Positions 18,274 to 28,053 of a DNA stretch of 58,912 bases are shown here, piece after piece; the stretch's first letter is position 1; the number at the start of each line of letters is the position of its first letter. The notes below the pieces were generated by a model that was not told the DNA's origin, did not search any database, and worked only from the letters and a program-made list of their open reading frames with translations. Source of the stretch: a virus (lineage: Duplodnaviria > Caudoviricetes); the IMG/VR virus record IMGVR_UViG_3300038974_000374, positions 1 through 58,912 of that record, one strand, 5' to 3'. A program made the translations under genes and the position numbers.

Positions 18274-18411
18274 TTGGAATATAGGTGTTATCCCAAAAGG
18301 ACAGAATGTATGGCAAAGTAAGGGAAACCTGAAGAGTTAAGGTGAAATACCTTAAGAGCGGAGATGTGAGCTAGCAGAGCCCATACGAATTATCTCTAAC
18401 GCCTATTTTAT

Positions 18412-18484
18412 ACTCTATTAGCTCAGTGGGAGAGCAGCAGATTCTAACTCCGTGTTGTCACAGGTTCGATCCCTGTATAGGGTA
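18412..18484 (+). tRNA. Amber suppressor tRNA (anticodon CTA)
   Basis: actctat/atagggt acceptor, D arm gctc/gagc, anticodon arm gcaga-ttCTAac-tccgt (one mismatch), T arm acagg-ttcgatc-cctgt. Confidence 0.8.
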
Positions 18485-18705
18485 CAAATTATAAAATAAT
18501 ATCCGAAATTGATCGGTAAGACAGGTAAGAGGGGAACCCAATGTCGACTTGTAATTAGGTAATGAGTCCGAATATCCTTTAATAGGTTTAGTCCCGTGGA
18601 TAACATGCGTGTAAATGTCCCTTAATTATTTTATAATTTACTGGAAGTAATCCGGCTGGATGAGGGGATGTTTGTTTATAAATTATAATAAAATAATTTA
18701 ATTCT

Positions 18706-19089
18706 GTGAAAATAAATTGTAAAAACTGCAATAAATTAATTGATAGTAGAAGTATTTCTGGTTTATGTTTAAACTGTAGAAAAGAAAAAGATGCATTAGA
18801 TAAAATAAATCATTGAAAATTAACAGGAGATACCGGTTGTGGAGTTAATACTACATTAAAAAATTGTATAAGAACTTATATTTTAAATAAACAAGATAAT
18901 AAATGTAAAATTTGAGGATTATCTACAAATTGAAATAATAAATCATTAAATTTAATTTTGGATCATATAGATGGAAATGCATCTAATAATCATGAAGAAA
19001 ATTTAAGATTAATTTGTCCTAATTGTGATTCTCAATTAGATACATATAAATCTAAAAACAAACATTCAGCTAGAACAGCTATGAATTAG
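18706..19089 (+). CDS. HNH homing endonuclease (in-frame TGA at 18814, 18913, 18931); absent from the ORF track
   Basis: GTG start; CKNC..CLNC; INH(W)KLTG; KCKI(*)G; TN(W)NNKSLNLILDHIDGNASNNHEENLRLICPNCDSQL. Confidence 0.8.
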
Positions 19090-19177
19090 GAAGTATACTC
19101 AAATTGGTTTAAGAGGATAGTCTTGAAAACTATTAGGTCAGGAAACTGGCGTGTGGGTTCGAGTCCTACTGCTTCCG
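19089..19177 (+). tRNA. tRNA-Ser(TGA)
   Basis: Long variable arm, loop ctTGAaa, G73. Confidence 0.9.
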
Positions 19178-19313
19178 CGCTTAACATCCCGGTATATAAA
19201 TTCTAAACTGCTGACCTATACGAGACAGTAATCCGGAAAGTAAATTATAGGTAAAAGTGTAGATAATGCAGTCCATACCACCTCAGGTGACGAAAAACTA
19301 CACAGAGGTAATT

Positions 19314-19398
19314 GGAGAGTTGGGTGAGTGACTTATACCACGGGTTTGCTAAACCCGCGACCTGAAAGGGTCCATCAGTTCGAATCTGGTACTCTCCG
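19314..19398 (+). tRNA. tRNA-Ser(GCT)
   Basis: Long variable arm, loop ttGCTaa, G73. Confidence 0.9.
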
Positions 19399-19621
19399 CA
19401 AATTAAAAAATATATTAAAATGGAAAATCCCTTAATTATAGGTTGTAATTATCATACTATTTGGCAAAGTAATAAACAAATGAGATTTGTGCTTGCTGAA
19501 ATTTGTAATGATAAAGTTAGATTAACTACAAGAATTACTAAAAAAAGTTTTTGGACTGATAAATCAGATTTAATATTTATTAGAACTAAACATAATATTA
19601 ACAAGGCTAAAAAATTAGGTT

Positions 19622-20146
19622 ATGAAAATATTTAAGCGTTGGTGGTGGAATTCTACAGGCTTGCATCTTCACAGAATAGCCTGGCAAGGAATTAAAAATC
19701 TTTGGAAATGGTTTCCTGTAGTTTGGAATGATAGAGATTATGATCATGCTTATATTATGATTTCGCTTCGATTTAAAATTGAAAATACTGCAAACTATAT
19801 TGAAAAACATAAACGTCATGAAGGTTGGGAACGCGATGTAGAACGAATGAGACTTTGTGTAAGATTATTCGATGCTCTTGAAAAAGATATTTACGAAAGT
19901 GAATATTTTAATTATTACGAAACCGAATCATATGTCGATGAAAAAGGCTACTATCAATCAAAACCTACAAGAGATGACTTAGATGAATATTTCAAAAAGT
20001 ATCCAAATTATTATCGAAGATTATCTGAAAAAGATAAAGAAAAAAGAGCATGGTCAGCTATCATGATTGGAGTCAATCGTCATAATAGAGCATCTAATTT
20101 GTTATTTGAGTTAATTAAACGAAATATTTATAATTGGTGGGATTAA
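19622..20146 (+). CDS. Hypothetical phage protein
   Basis: 174 aa; WFPVVWNDRDYD and terminal WWD typical of a widespread phage family. Confidence 0.6.
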   Translation: MKIFKRWWWNSTGLHLHRIAWQGIKNLWKWFPVVWNDRDYDHAYIMISLRFKIENTANYIEKHKRHEGWERDVERMRLCVRLFDALEKDIYESEYFNYYETESYVDEKGYYQSKPTRDDLDEYFKKYPNYYRRLSEKDKEKRAWSAIMIGVNRHNRASNLLFELIKRNIYNWWD

Positions 20147-20606
20147 TAAAATGAATCGAAAAGACTATAAAAGAATAATCAACAAACGAAAGAAGATTTG
20201 GGATACTTTTGAATGGTGGTATCGACAAGAACCTAATCGTTTATATAAAAACCATTCTATAAAATGTGGATGCGCAATGTGTAGATCAATGACTTATTTT
20301 AAAAGAAAAGAAAGAAGAGATCGTAGACATGAATTTAAAATAGAGTTAAATACAATTAAATTTGATTGGTAATGCAAATTGTTAAAGGTAATTTTGAAGA
20401 GTTGCAATATGATAAGTTGCTTCCTTATTTAAATATTGGTGAGATTTGCATTCGTGATTTGTCAAATAATAACTTATATGGAAGATCTTATAAATATTCT
20501 AATTTTGGAATTTGTAATATTTATGATAGACCATTGGGTATTATTTATGAAGATGAAATTAAAGATTCAAAGCATCACATCCATTTTAAATTTTAAAATA
20601 AAAAAA

Positions 20607-21026
20607 ATGTATAAACAAGTAATTGTAATGCGCAAAGATTTAAATATGTGCAAAGGTAAAATGATTGCTCAAGGAGCTCATGCTTCTATTGGAGCATTTT
20701 TAAAATTTGGAGTGAATAAAACATTTGAGTTGTTGGAACCTTTTGAAACAAATCAATCGGGTATAGAATTTCATATTGAAGCATTGAAAGATGGTTCTTT
20801 ATATAACTGGTTTTATTCAGGGCAAACTAAAATTACCGTAGGTGTTGAATCTGAAGAAGAATTAATGAAAATTTATAATAAAATTCCTGATTTTATTCCA
20901 ACTTATTTAGTTACAGATGCAGGTAATACCGAATTTAAAGGAGTTCCTACTGTAACATGTTTTGCATTTGGTCCAATAGATTCAGAATATGCAGATAAAT
21001 TTACAGGACATTTAAAGTTATTATAA
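20607..21026 (+). CDS. pth2: Peptidyl-tRNA hydrolase Pth2
   Basis: KQVIVMRKDLNMCKGKMIAQGAHAS, DAGNTEF, FGP, TGHLKLL. Confidence 0.9.
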   Translation: MYKQVIVMRKDLNMCKGKMIAQGAHASIGAFLKFGVNKTFELLEPFETNQSGIEFHIEALKDGSLYNWFYSGQTKITVGVESEEELMKIYNKIPDFIPTYLVTDAGNTEFKGVPTVTCFAFGPIDSEYADKFTGHLKLL

Positions 21027-21298
21027 AATGAAATTTAATAAAGAAGAACAAGAATTAATTGATAGATTAATGATCTTAGAAGATTCTGAAATAATATGTA
21101 ATCCTTATTCTGGAGAAGAATGTGAATTAGAACCTTTGGCGGTTGCTTTATATGATTACATTAAAGGATGTGAAATGTTTATTAATTCTGGAATTAAGAA
21201 TTTCAATGGAATAGATGTTATAGATAGCATGAGATTAGCATTAGGAATATTTGCTCAATCTTGGCCAAAAGAATATTATTTATTATTAGATTAAATTA

Positions 21299-21380
21299 GC
21301 CGACATGGCGGAATTGGTAGACGCGCTAGACTTAGGATCTAGTACCGAAAGGTGTGTGGGTTCGAGTCCCACAAAGGGTA
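21299..21380 (+). pseudogene. tRNA-Leu(TAG) with mismatched acceptor stem
   Basis: 5' gccgaca versus 3' aaagggt; D, anticodon (ctTAGga), variable and T arms intact. Confidence 0.7.
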
Positions 21381-21416
21381 CACGGTAAGACAGCGATTTC
21401 GAATACCCTGTCTGAA

Positions 21417-21483
21417 TCTCAAGTAGCTTAGTGACTAGAGCGGCAGTAATTAGCAGATCGCGGGTTTGAGTCCCGTCTTGAGA
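21417..21483 (+). tRNA. tRNA-like gene with degenerate anticodon arm
   Basis: tctcaag/cttgaga acceptor, D arm, T arm gcggg-tttgagt-cccgt; no anticodon stem-loop. Confidence 0.55.
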
Positions 21484-21489
21484 ACAAAC

Positions 21490-21561
21490 GGTTCCTTAGT
21501 TCAATGGATAGAACTCTGGTCTACGGAACCAGCAATGAGCGTTCGAATCGCTTGGGAATCA
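21490..21561 (+). tRNA. tRNA-Arg(ACG)
   Basis: Loop ctACGga. Confidence 0.9.
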
Positions 21562-21649
21562 CAACAAAATAGTCTTTACATTATAATTTGAGTTAGCAAA
21601 GTAATGTAAGGTCAAAGATAGGAGAAACTAACTGATACTCCTATACCAC

Positions 21650-21720
21650 ACGAGTATCGTCCAATGGTAGGGCTCTGGTCTCCAAAACCAGCTATCTGGG
21701 TTCAAATCCTAGTACTCGTG
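21650..21720 (+). tRNA. tRNA-Trp(CCA)
   Basis: Loop ctCCAaa, G73. Confidence 0.9.
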
Positions 21721-22628
21721 CAAAAATTTAAAATTATGACAGTACAAGAATTATATGAAAAACTCGGAAGAGTTATCGAAAGAGGTAATGGCGATTACGA
21801 AGTTAGAATAATTACTGAAAATAGTGGTTATTTTGGTGCAAGATCTTCAGTTGGAGTAAAGTATGCAAGTTCTGGATTTGATTGGGAAAGCAATCAATTT
21901 AACTTAGTAGCTGATGAAAAAATTATTACAAGTAAATCAGATACAAAAATAGATTCAATTGAATCTAATTCAATACAATTAACAAATCTTAAAAATCCTC
22001 AAAATCCGAAATAATATGGCAGGTATTTTTCCTTATACTGACATTCACGATAATTATAGGATGCATTTGCAGGTTATGGAAGATCTTAAAACAAAAGCTA
22101 AAATTTTAATACTGCCAAATATTTCATTTAATGAAGATGATCTTTCTCAAATAATATTTCACGAAAGTGGTAGAATTGAAGCTTTGTTTCAAAGACATGA
22201 CGCATTTGATGATCCTCAAGAAGAATTTATTGATTTAACTCCTTATTTATTTACTTCAATTGATGCAGTTAAACTTCGAGTAAAACATCAATTAGAGAGA
22301 ATTGATTTATTACGTGGACGTTCAAGAAATTTAGAATCATTAACCAATCTTCAAGATGTTGAAGATTTTAATAATAGATAATGAAAACAACACACTTAGA
22401 AAAACAGGTTTGTCCATATTGTGGACATATTCTTGATGCACATAGTGCTGATGAGGGGTTTCCTGCTCCTGGGGATATCTCAATTTGCTTTTATTGTGGA
22501 GGATTAAATATATTTTCTAATTACTTATCTCTTATTAAATGTAAAGATGAGGATTTAGAATCTCTTGATTCTGAAACATTAGAAAAAATAAAAGAAATTC
22601 AGGAATCAATAAAATTTAAAAACAAATA

Positions 22629-23015
22629 ATGAAAAAAGTACTTTTATGGTTAGATGATAGTCGTGATCCTAATACAGATGACTGGTTAAATTTTAGTCCA
22701 ATTGGAAAAAATTGTGAAGTTGTTTGGGTTAAAAGTTATGCAGCTTTTACTCATTGGATTATTGTAAATGGATTACCAGATGCCATATGCTTTGATCATG
22801 ATTTAGGATTTACAAATGAATATTATATAGAGAACGATATTGAATCTCCTGATCCAGAACGCACTGGTTACGATTGTGCAAAATGGTTAGTAAAATACTG
22901 TTTATTACACAATAAAGTATTACCTTTGTATTCTGTTCAATCAGCAAATATAGTAGGCAAGGTAAATATAATTAGTTATCTGGAAAATTTTAAAAAATCT
23001 CAAAATGACAATTAA
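22629..23015 (+). CDS. Cyclic-phosphate-processing receiver domain protein
   Basis: LWLDDSRDP, ICFDHDLG, TGYDCAKWL, VQSAN. Confidence 0.8.
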   Translation: MKKVLLWLDDSRDPNTDDWLNFSPIGKNCEVVWVKSYAAFTHWIIVNGLPDAICFDHDLGFTNEYYIENDIESPDPERTGYDCAKWLVKYCLLHNKVLPLYSVQSANIVGKVNIISYLENFKKSQNDN

Positions 23016-23397
23016 AACAGTAATTAAAGAAAATGATTGGTTTTTTAAACATATTCCCGAACCTCAGCGAAAAATATTTATGAAAATGATGGAAGTTGGT
23101 TGGGGAAATGGATACGCTTTAATCCCAATTGGTCATCCTTTACACGGAAAGAATTATGAAGAAATTGACGAATTTGTATCTGTTCATGGAGGACTTACAT
23201 TTTCTAATTTAATTGATACAGATCTTATTAGACACTTTAATCTTGAAGAAGAAGATATTGGAAAATGGTGTGTAGGATTTGATACTTGCCACTTTGAAGA
23301 TAATATTCAAAGATGGCCTAAAGAATTTGTTCAAGCAGAAGCTGATCGTCTTGCAAGACAATTAGAAAATTATGCTTTCAATAATAAAATAGATTAA
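23005..23397 (+). CDS. Hypothetical phage protein
   Basis: WGNGY..P..HP, VHGGLTF, GFDTCH motifs of a common phage family. Confidence 0.65.
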   Translation: MTIKTVIKENDWFFKHIPEPQRKIFMKMMEVGWGNGYALIPIGHPLHGKNYEEIDEFVSVHGGLTFSNLIDTDLIRHFNLEEEDIGKWCVGFDTCHFEDNIQRWPKEFVQAEADRLARQLENYAFNNKID

Positions 23398-23403
23398 TAA
23401 AAT

Positions 23404-23477
23404 GCGGCAATAGCTCAGTTGCTTAGAGCGTTGCACTTCCAATGCAAGGGTCGAGAGTTGGATCCTCTCTTACCGCA
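23404..23477 (+). tRNA. tRNA-Gly(TCC), partly degenerate
   Basis: Loop ctTCCaa; D loop lacks GG, T loop ttggatc, one acceptor mismatch. Confidence 0.7.
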
Positions 23478-23479
23478 CT

Positions 23480-23552
23480 GTGTTTATAGTGTTAGTGGTT
23501 AGCACGTCAGGTTGTGGTTCTGAAAGCTGGAGTTCGAATCTCCATAGACACC
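23480..23552 (+). tRNA. tRNA-His(GTG)
   Basis: Loop ttGTGgt, C73. Confidence 0.9.
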
Positions 23553-23581
23553 AAAATTAGCGCTAATTTTTAAAGTAATAT

Positions 23582-23668
23582 GTGCACGTTGCCTTAGTTT
23601 GGTCGAAAGGTCCAGGCTGTTAACCCGGTGAGGAAACTCCACCGCAGGTTCGAATCCTGCCGTGTACG
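23582..23668 (+). tRNA. tRNA-Asn(GTT) with long variable arm
   Basis: Loop ctGTTaa, variable arm gag-gaaa-ctc, G73. Confidence 0.8.
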
Positions 23669-23681
23669 CATATTTTACAAT

Positions 23682-23752
23682 TCTCTCATGGTGTAACGGC
23701 AGCACAACAGCTTTTGGCGCTGTTGGTTGAGGTTCGAATCCTTGTGAGAGAA
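23682..23752 (+). tRNA. tRNA-Gln(TTG)
   Basis: Loop ttTTGgc. Confidence 0.85.
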
Positions 23753-23773
23753 CAATTATAAAAATATACAATT

Positions 23774-24601
23774 ATTGCAATTTTTGATTTTTTAAAAAAG
23801 AAAGAAGATGAATCTTCTGAAGTAATTGAAGTTATTGATAAAGTAAAACCTTCACTCATTGATCAAATTCATATAGAATTTTATTCAGAAGTAAATATTT
23901 TATTAAATGATGCAAAGCAATTTAATGAAATAAAGAATAGAAAACCTGAATTAATAGATAAATATAATCGTTTATCTAAATTAGGTTTTAAAAATACACC
24001 TGAAATGGTAGAGGCTGAAAAAGAAATCAGTAGAATGGAAACTCTTGAAAAAGAAAATTTAAAAAAGAAAGAATTAATTGAAGCTATTAATTATTTTTCT
24101 TTAAATTATCCTGAATATAAATTTATAACTGAAGAGTCTGTTGTAAATATTTGTAATAAATATGGATTGGTTTATTCAGAAGTAGAAAATTTTAGAGGTA
24201 ATATTCCATTTGAAAATCTTGAACAAATGGAAAAATTTAAAATTAAAGACTCTGATAAATTATGTTTAAGAATTTGGCATCCTGATTCAGTAAGAATTCC
24301 AAAAAGTATTAGTAATATATCATACGGTGTTTATGAAATGTATAAACATAATAATAAAAGTTTTTACTGGGGAGACCATGAATATAAAATTGCTCCTTTA
24401 GAAATTTGTGCACATTTAAATCAATTTGATATTACTGATTTAGAACTTGAAGGTAAAAAGTTAGTTAAAAAGAAAATTGAAATTCAAGATCCAATTGTTC
24501 TCTGTCCTGTATTTTTCAAATATAAAAAACATTATCTCATTGTTACAGCATGGGGAGAAGAATCTCATGATTCAGAAGTAATTAATCATCAATTAAATTA
24601 A
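23774..24601 (+). CDS. Hypothetical phage protein (frame open from an ATT at 23774)
   Basis: C-terminal DPIVLCPV...YLIVTAWGEE motif; frame extends 231 nt upstream of the ORF-track start. Confidence 0.55.
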   Translation: MAIFDFLKKKEDESSEVIEVIDKVKPSLIDQIHIEFYSEVNILLNDAKQFNEIKNRKPELIDKYNRLSKLGFKNTPEMVEAEKEISRMETLEKENLKKKELIEAINYFSLNYPEYKFITEESVVNICNKYGLVYSEVENFRGNIPFENLEQMEKFKIKDSDKLCLRIWHPDSVRIPKSISNISYGVYEMYKHNNKSFYWGDHEYKIAPLEICAHLNQFDITDLELEGKKLVKKKIEIQDPIVLCPVFFKYKKHYLIVTAWGEESHDSEVINHQLN

Positions 24602-24639
24602 TTCTGCCGGGATGGTGGAATGGTAGACACGAAGGACTT

Positions 24640-25409
24640 AGATATAACTTTTTTTGTAAAGTTATTACCGTAAAGTATTCATGAAGTCTATATTTTTAAG
24701 ATTATTATATTTTATTATAATACATGAAAAAAATTTTATATCTTTGTGTTTTAAACAAATAAATTTTATGAGTAAGAAATACACGGATTTAGAACTAATT
24801 GAAGCAATTAAAACAAGTTTTTCAATTGCAGAAGTATGTAGAAAAGTTGGATTGAAACCAGTTGGTGGAAATTATAAAACTATTCACAATAAAATAGATA
24901 AATTAAAATTAGATACCTCACATTTTACAGGTCAAGGATGAAATATTGGATTAAAATTCCAACCTTCTCCAGCAAGACCTTTAGATGAATATCTTGTAAT
25001 AAATTCAACATATCAATCTTTTAAATTAGCAAAAAGGTTATTTAAAGAAGGGTATAAAGAAAAAGTATGCGAATGTTGTAATAATACAAAATGAATGGAT
25101 AAACCTATTCCTTTAGAGTTACATCATATAACCGGAATTAATAATGATCATAGATTGGAAAATCTACAGATGTTATGCCCAAATTGCCATGCTTTTACAG
25201 ATAATTATAGAGGTAAGAATACAGGTATGAGTGCACAAGAAGAAATTCTTGATGTAGAACAACCCTAATTCGGGGAAGGTGTAAGTTAATAGCTTACAAT
25301 AATCCCGAGCTAAAGCATAGAAATATGTAAATGTGTAGAGACTATATAGGTTGCACCTAAGGAGAAATCTATGGTGAAGAGATAGTCCAAGCAGCAGTAA
25401 TGCTGTATG
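24640..25409 (+). mobile_element. Group I intron in the tRNA-Leu anticodon (U34/A35)
   Basis: Upstream exon ends in U, intron ends in G; core elements aattcggggaa, aatcccgagc, gtagagactata, aagagatagtcc. Confidence 0.88.
24768..25268 (+). CDS. Intron-encoded HNH endonuclease (TGA=Trp at 24939 and 25092)
   Basis: DTSHFTGQG(W)N...CECCNNTK(W)MDKPIPLELHHITGINNDHRLENLQMLCPNCHAFTDNYRGKN; 166 aa. Confidence 0.88.
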
Positions 25410-25520
25410 AAAATCCTTTGAGCAGTAATGCTCGTGCGGGTTCGAGTCCCGCTCCCGGTACACTGATATAAATCTTATTTATTTAAGTTGGCTTCGTTGG
25501 TTAAAAGGAATCAACACTAC

Positions 25521-25590
25521 GAGGACGTGGTGTAATGGCTGCATAACACACTGTCACTGTGTAGGTTGGGGTTCAAATCCCCCGTTCTCG
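25521..25590 (+). tRNA. tRNA-Asp(GTC)
   Basis: Loop ctGTCac, acceptor gaggacg/cgttctc. Confidence 0.85.
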
Positions 25591-25592
25591 GC

Positions 25593-25623
25593 AAGGAGAT
25601 CCAGAAATGGATCTCCTTTTTTA
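25593..25623 (+). terminator. Terminator closing the tRNA cluster
   Basis: aaggagatcc-agaaat-ggatctcctt followed by T run. Confidence 0.75.
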
Positions 25624-26694
25624 TTATAAACACTTTTTAAATAAATATAATATGCAAACAAAAAATTTAACATTGAAAGACTTCAACAAAGTACTTGTTT
25701 CGTACTTTTATGAAACTCCTGACGAAATTGTCGCAGACGTAGAATGGGAAGAAACCGAAGAAGGACTTGTTCCAGTTCCAAAATTGAGAAAAGTAGGAGG
25801 TAAGAAACGTGGCGTGGTAGTTGCTATCGGCCCAAATATTCTTGGATGGTCTTTGTGTAATACCAAAGAACATGACCTCGAAATTATTCCTGGAGTTGAA
25901 ATTCCTATTCCCGGTGATGTATTTGACAAAGAAAAAGGTTTGTCAATTGCTTTGATGCGCGCTGATATTGCTTCAACACTGTCATCAAAAGAAAGAAAAA
26001 GCTTTTACCAAAAAGTTCCTTTTACTCTTTCTAATTTGTTTGAATCAGTGGACGAACGTTCTGAAAGATACTTCACTTACGAAGACGAAGAATTCATGGA
26101 AGATTAAGTATGGTAATCATCAAGGATAAAGAATTTGAAATGGTCCAGGTAAAATCTGGGCCATTCTTTAATTTAAGCCTACTTACTACTGTAAATGCAG
26201 GTAAGGAAAATGAGCGATCAGAAATGAAACTTTATGGATACAGTTTACCTTTTGAAGCATGTATGCAACATATAGTTGGAATCAAAATGGCATCAAAAGA
26301 AGGAACTTATACTGTAAAAGAGTATATTGACAAGTACGCTGAGGCTGTTAATGAAGTATCTAAATTGATACAATTTATCGATAAAGTTGAAGAACCTAAA
26401 GAAGAAGTAGATGAATAATATAAGTTGGAGCAAAACTATTGGAAACTGGGCAAAAAATGATCAAAATTTTGATCCAAATGCTCCTGTTGCTGAATCAAAA
26501 GAACGAATTGTAATGTCCCCAGAGGATTTGCTAAATGCTAAAAATTCTTTATTAGAAAAATGTGATGAACTTATTGTTATGTCCTCGACATTATATGATT
26601 GTTCTTCAAGTAAAGAATTGTACGATACAATAGTAACACTTAATTCAGCAAAAAGATCTTTGGATCGTATTTTTGTTAAAGAAAGTAAAAAATA

Positions 26695-27049
26695 ATGATA
26701 AAGGACGAAATAATTCAATATAGAAATAGTAACCCTAGTTATAGAACTTTACTTGGTACGGTTATTGGAGAATTAGATAGAATTTCTAAAACTCCTACTG
26801 ATGAACAAGTGGTTCAAGTAATTAAAAAAAATGATGGAAGCTAATAAAGAAATAAAATCTAATGAAGCATTAGAAGAAAATTTTATTTTGAGTAAATTTC
26901 TTCCAAAACAACTTTCAGAAAGTCAAATCATTGCTATTCTGGAAGAACAAAAATTTCAATCAATTAAAGATTGTATGAGTTTCTTTAAAGATACTTATGC
27001 AGGTTTATATGATGGAAAAGTAGTAAGCAAACTATTTAACAATAAATAA
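26695..27049 (+). CDS. GatB/YqeY domain protein (apparent +1 A-run frameshift near 26830)
   Basis: RTLLGTVIGELDR...TDEQVVQVIKK / ENFILSKFLPKQLSE...YDGKVVS. Confidence 0.7.
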
Positions 27050-27403
27050 TATGGCAATTAAATTATCAAACTTACAGATCGGTGCTCTTGCGCACAAAAT
27101 TAAGGCGGAAATTAATGCGCCAATTGATTCACACAATCAAAAGGTTTATGATTCTCCGGAATACAAGAATTTCTTTACAACAAACGAAGAATGTATTCTT
27201 CTTAATCAAATGTCTGAAAAATACAATTTTAATTATTTGAATTCAAATTTGGAATCAATTCGAAGATTTCATTTCAAAGAATTACTCATTGAAAAGAAAT
27301 ATATCAGCACTGACTCAATTGAAAGAGAAATTATTCTTGCAACAATTGACGCTACTGATATGGAATCTTTAATAGCTGCTGTATCTCTTAAATTCAAATA
27401 GTA

Positions 27404-27802
27404 ATGGATTTGTTAATGATTAGTAAGCTATTGCTTTCTGCATTTTTAGGAGGACTTGTTGGACTTGAAAGACAAAACCATAACAAAAGTTCAGGAATTA
27501 GAACAATGGCACTAATTTCATTAGGAGCATGTGTATTTTCTATTGTATCAATTAGCTTCCCTGGAGCTGATCCAACAAGAATAATTGCTCAAATTGTTAC
27601 AGGAATTGGATTTCTTGGAGCTGGGATAATATTTAAATCAGGAATGAATGTTTACGGATTAACTTCAGCAGCAACTATTTGGTGTACTGCTTCATTAGGA
27701 GTATTGGTTGGTACAGGAATGTATCAACTTGCAGTAACTCTTACTTTGATAATTCTTACAATAAATTCTTTGATTAATAAAAAATCTAAAAAAGATGACT
27801 GA
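27404..27802 (+). CDS. MgtC/SapB family membrane protein
   Basis: GGLVGLERQ, GIRT, DPTRIIAQIVTGIGFLGAGII, GLTSAATIW. Confidence 0.92.
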   Translation: MDLLMISKLLLSAFLGGLVGLERQNHNKSSGIRTMALISLGACVFSIVSISFPGADPTRIIAQIVTGIGFLGAGIIFKSGMNVYGLTSAATIWCTASLGVLVGTGMYQLAVTLTLIILTINSLINKKSKKDD

Positions 27803-28053
27803 AGTAATAGTAGGAAAAATTCAGGGACATGATGTTATATATGTTCCAGAAAAAGAAATGTTGTTTTGTAAAAATACAACAATACCTTATAAAGTAATGC
27901 GATTAGCACTATTGGATAGTCCTGTTGACAGATTAGAACTAAAAAATGATTTAGTTATGACTGTCGATCAAGGAATTGTTCAGCTAGCTTGCCTTACAAC
28001 AACAATTGAAAATTGTATCGAAATAAATAAACAAATAAAAAAAGTCAGACAAA

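Larger units (their letters stand above)
24606..25460 (+). tRNA. tRNA-Leu(TAA) interrupted by a group I intron (exons 24606-24639, 25410-25460)
   Basis: Joined exons give aagga-ctTAAaa-tcctt; acceptor gccggga/tcccggt. Confidence 0.9.

Noticed and set aside
18313-18360. c-di-GMP-I riboswitch
   Set aside because: Only ggcaaa and a GAAA hairpin match; the second conserved segment is absent and no gene follows
18913-18915. Selenocysteine codon in the HNH zinc finger
   Set aside because: Single case, no SECIS or tRNA-Sec seen; a point mutation is simpler
21650-21720. tRNA-Trp as a dedicated UGA suppressor
   Set aside because: Anticodon CCA, 5-bp stem and G24; no Hirsh A24 change or shortened stem
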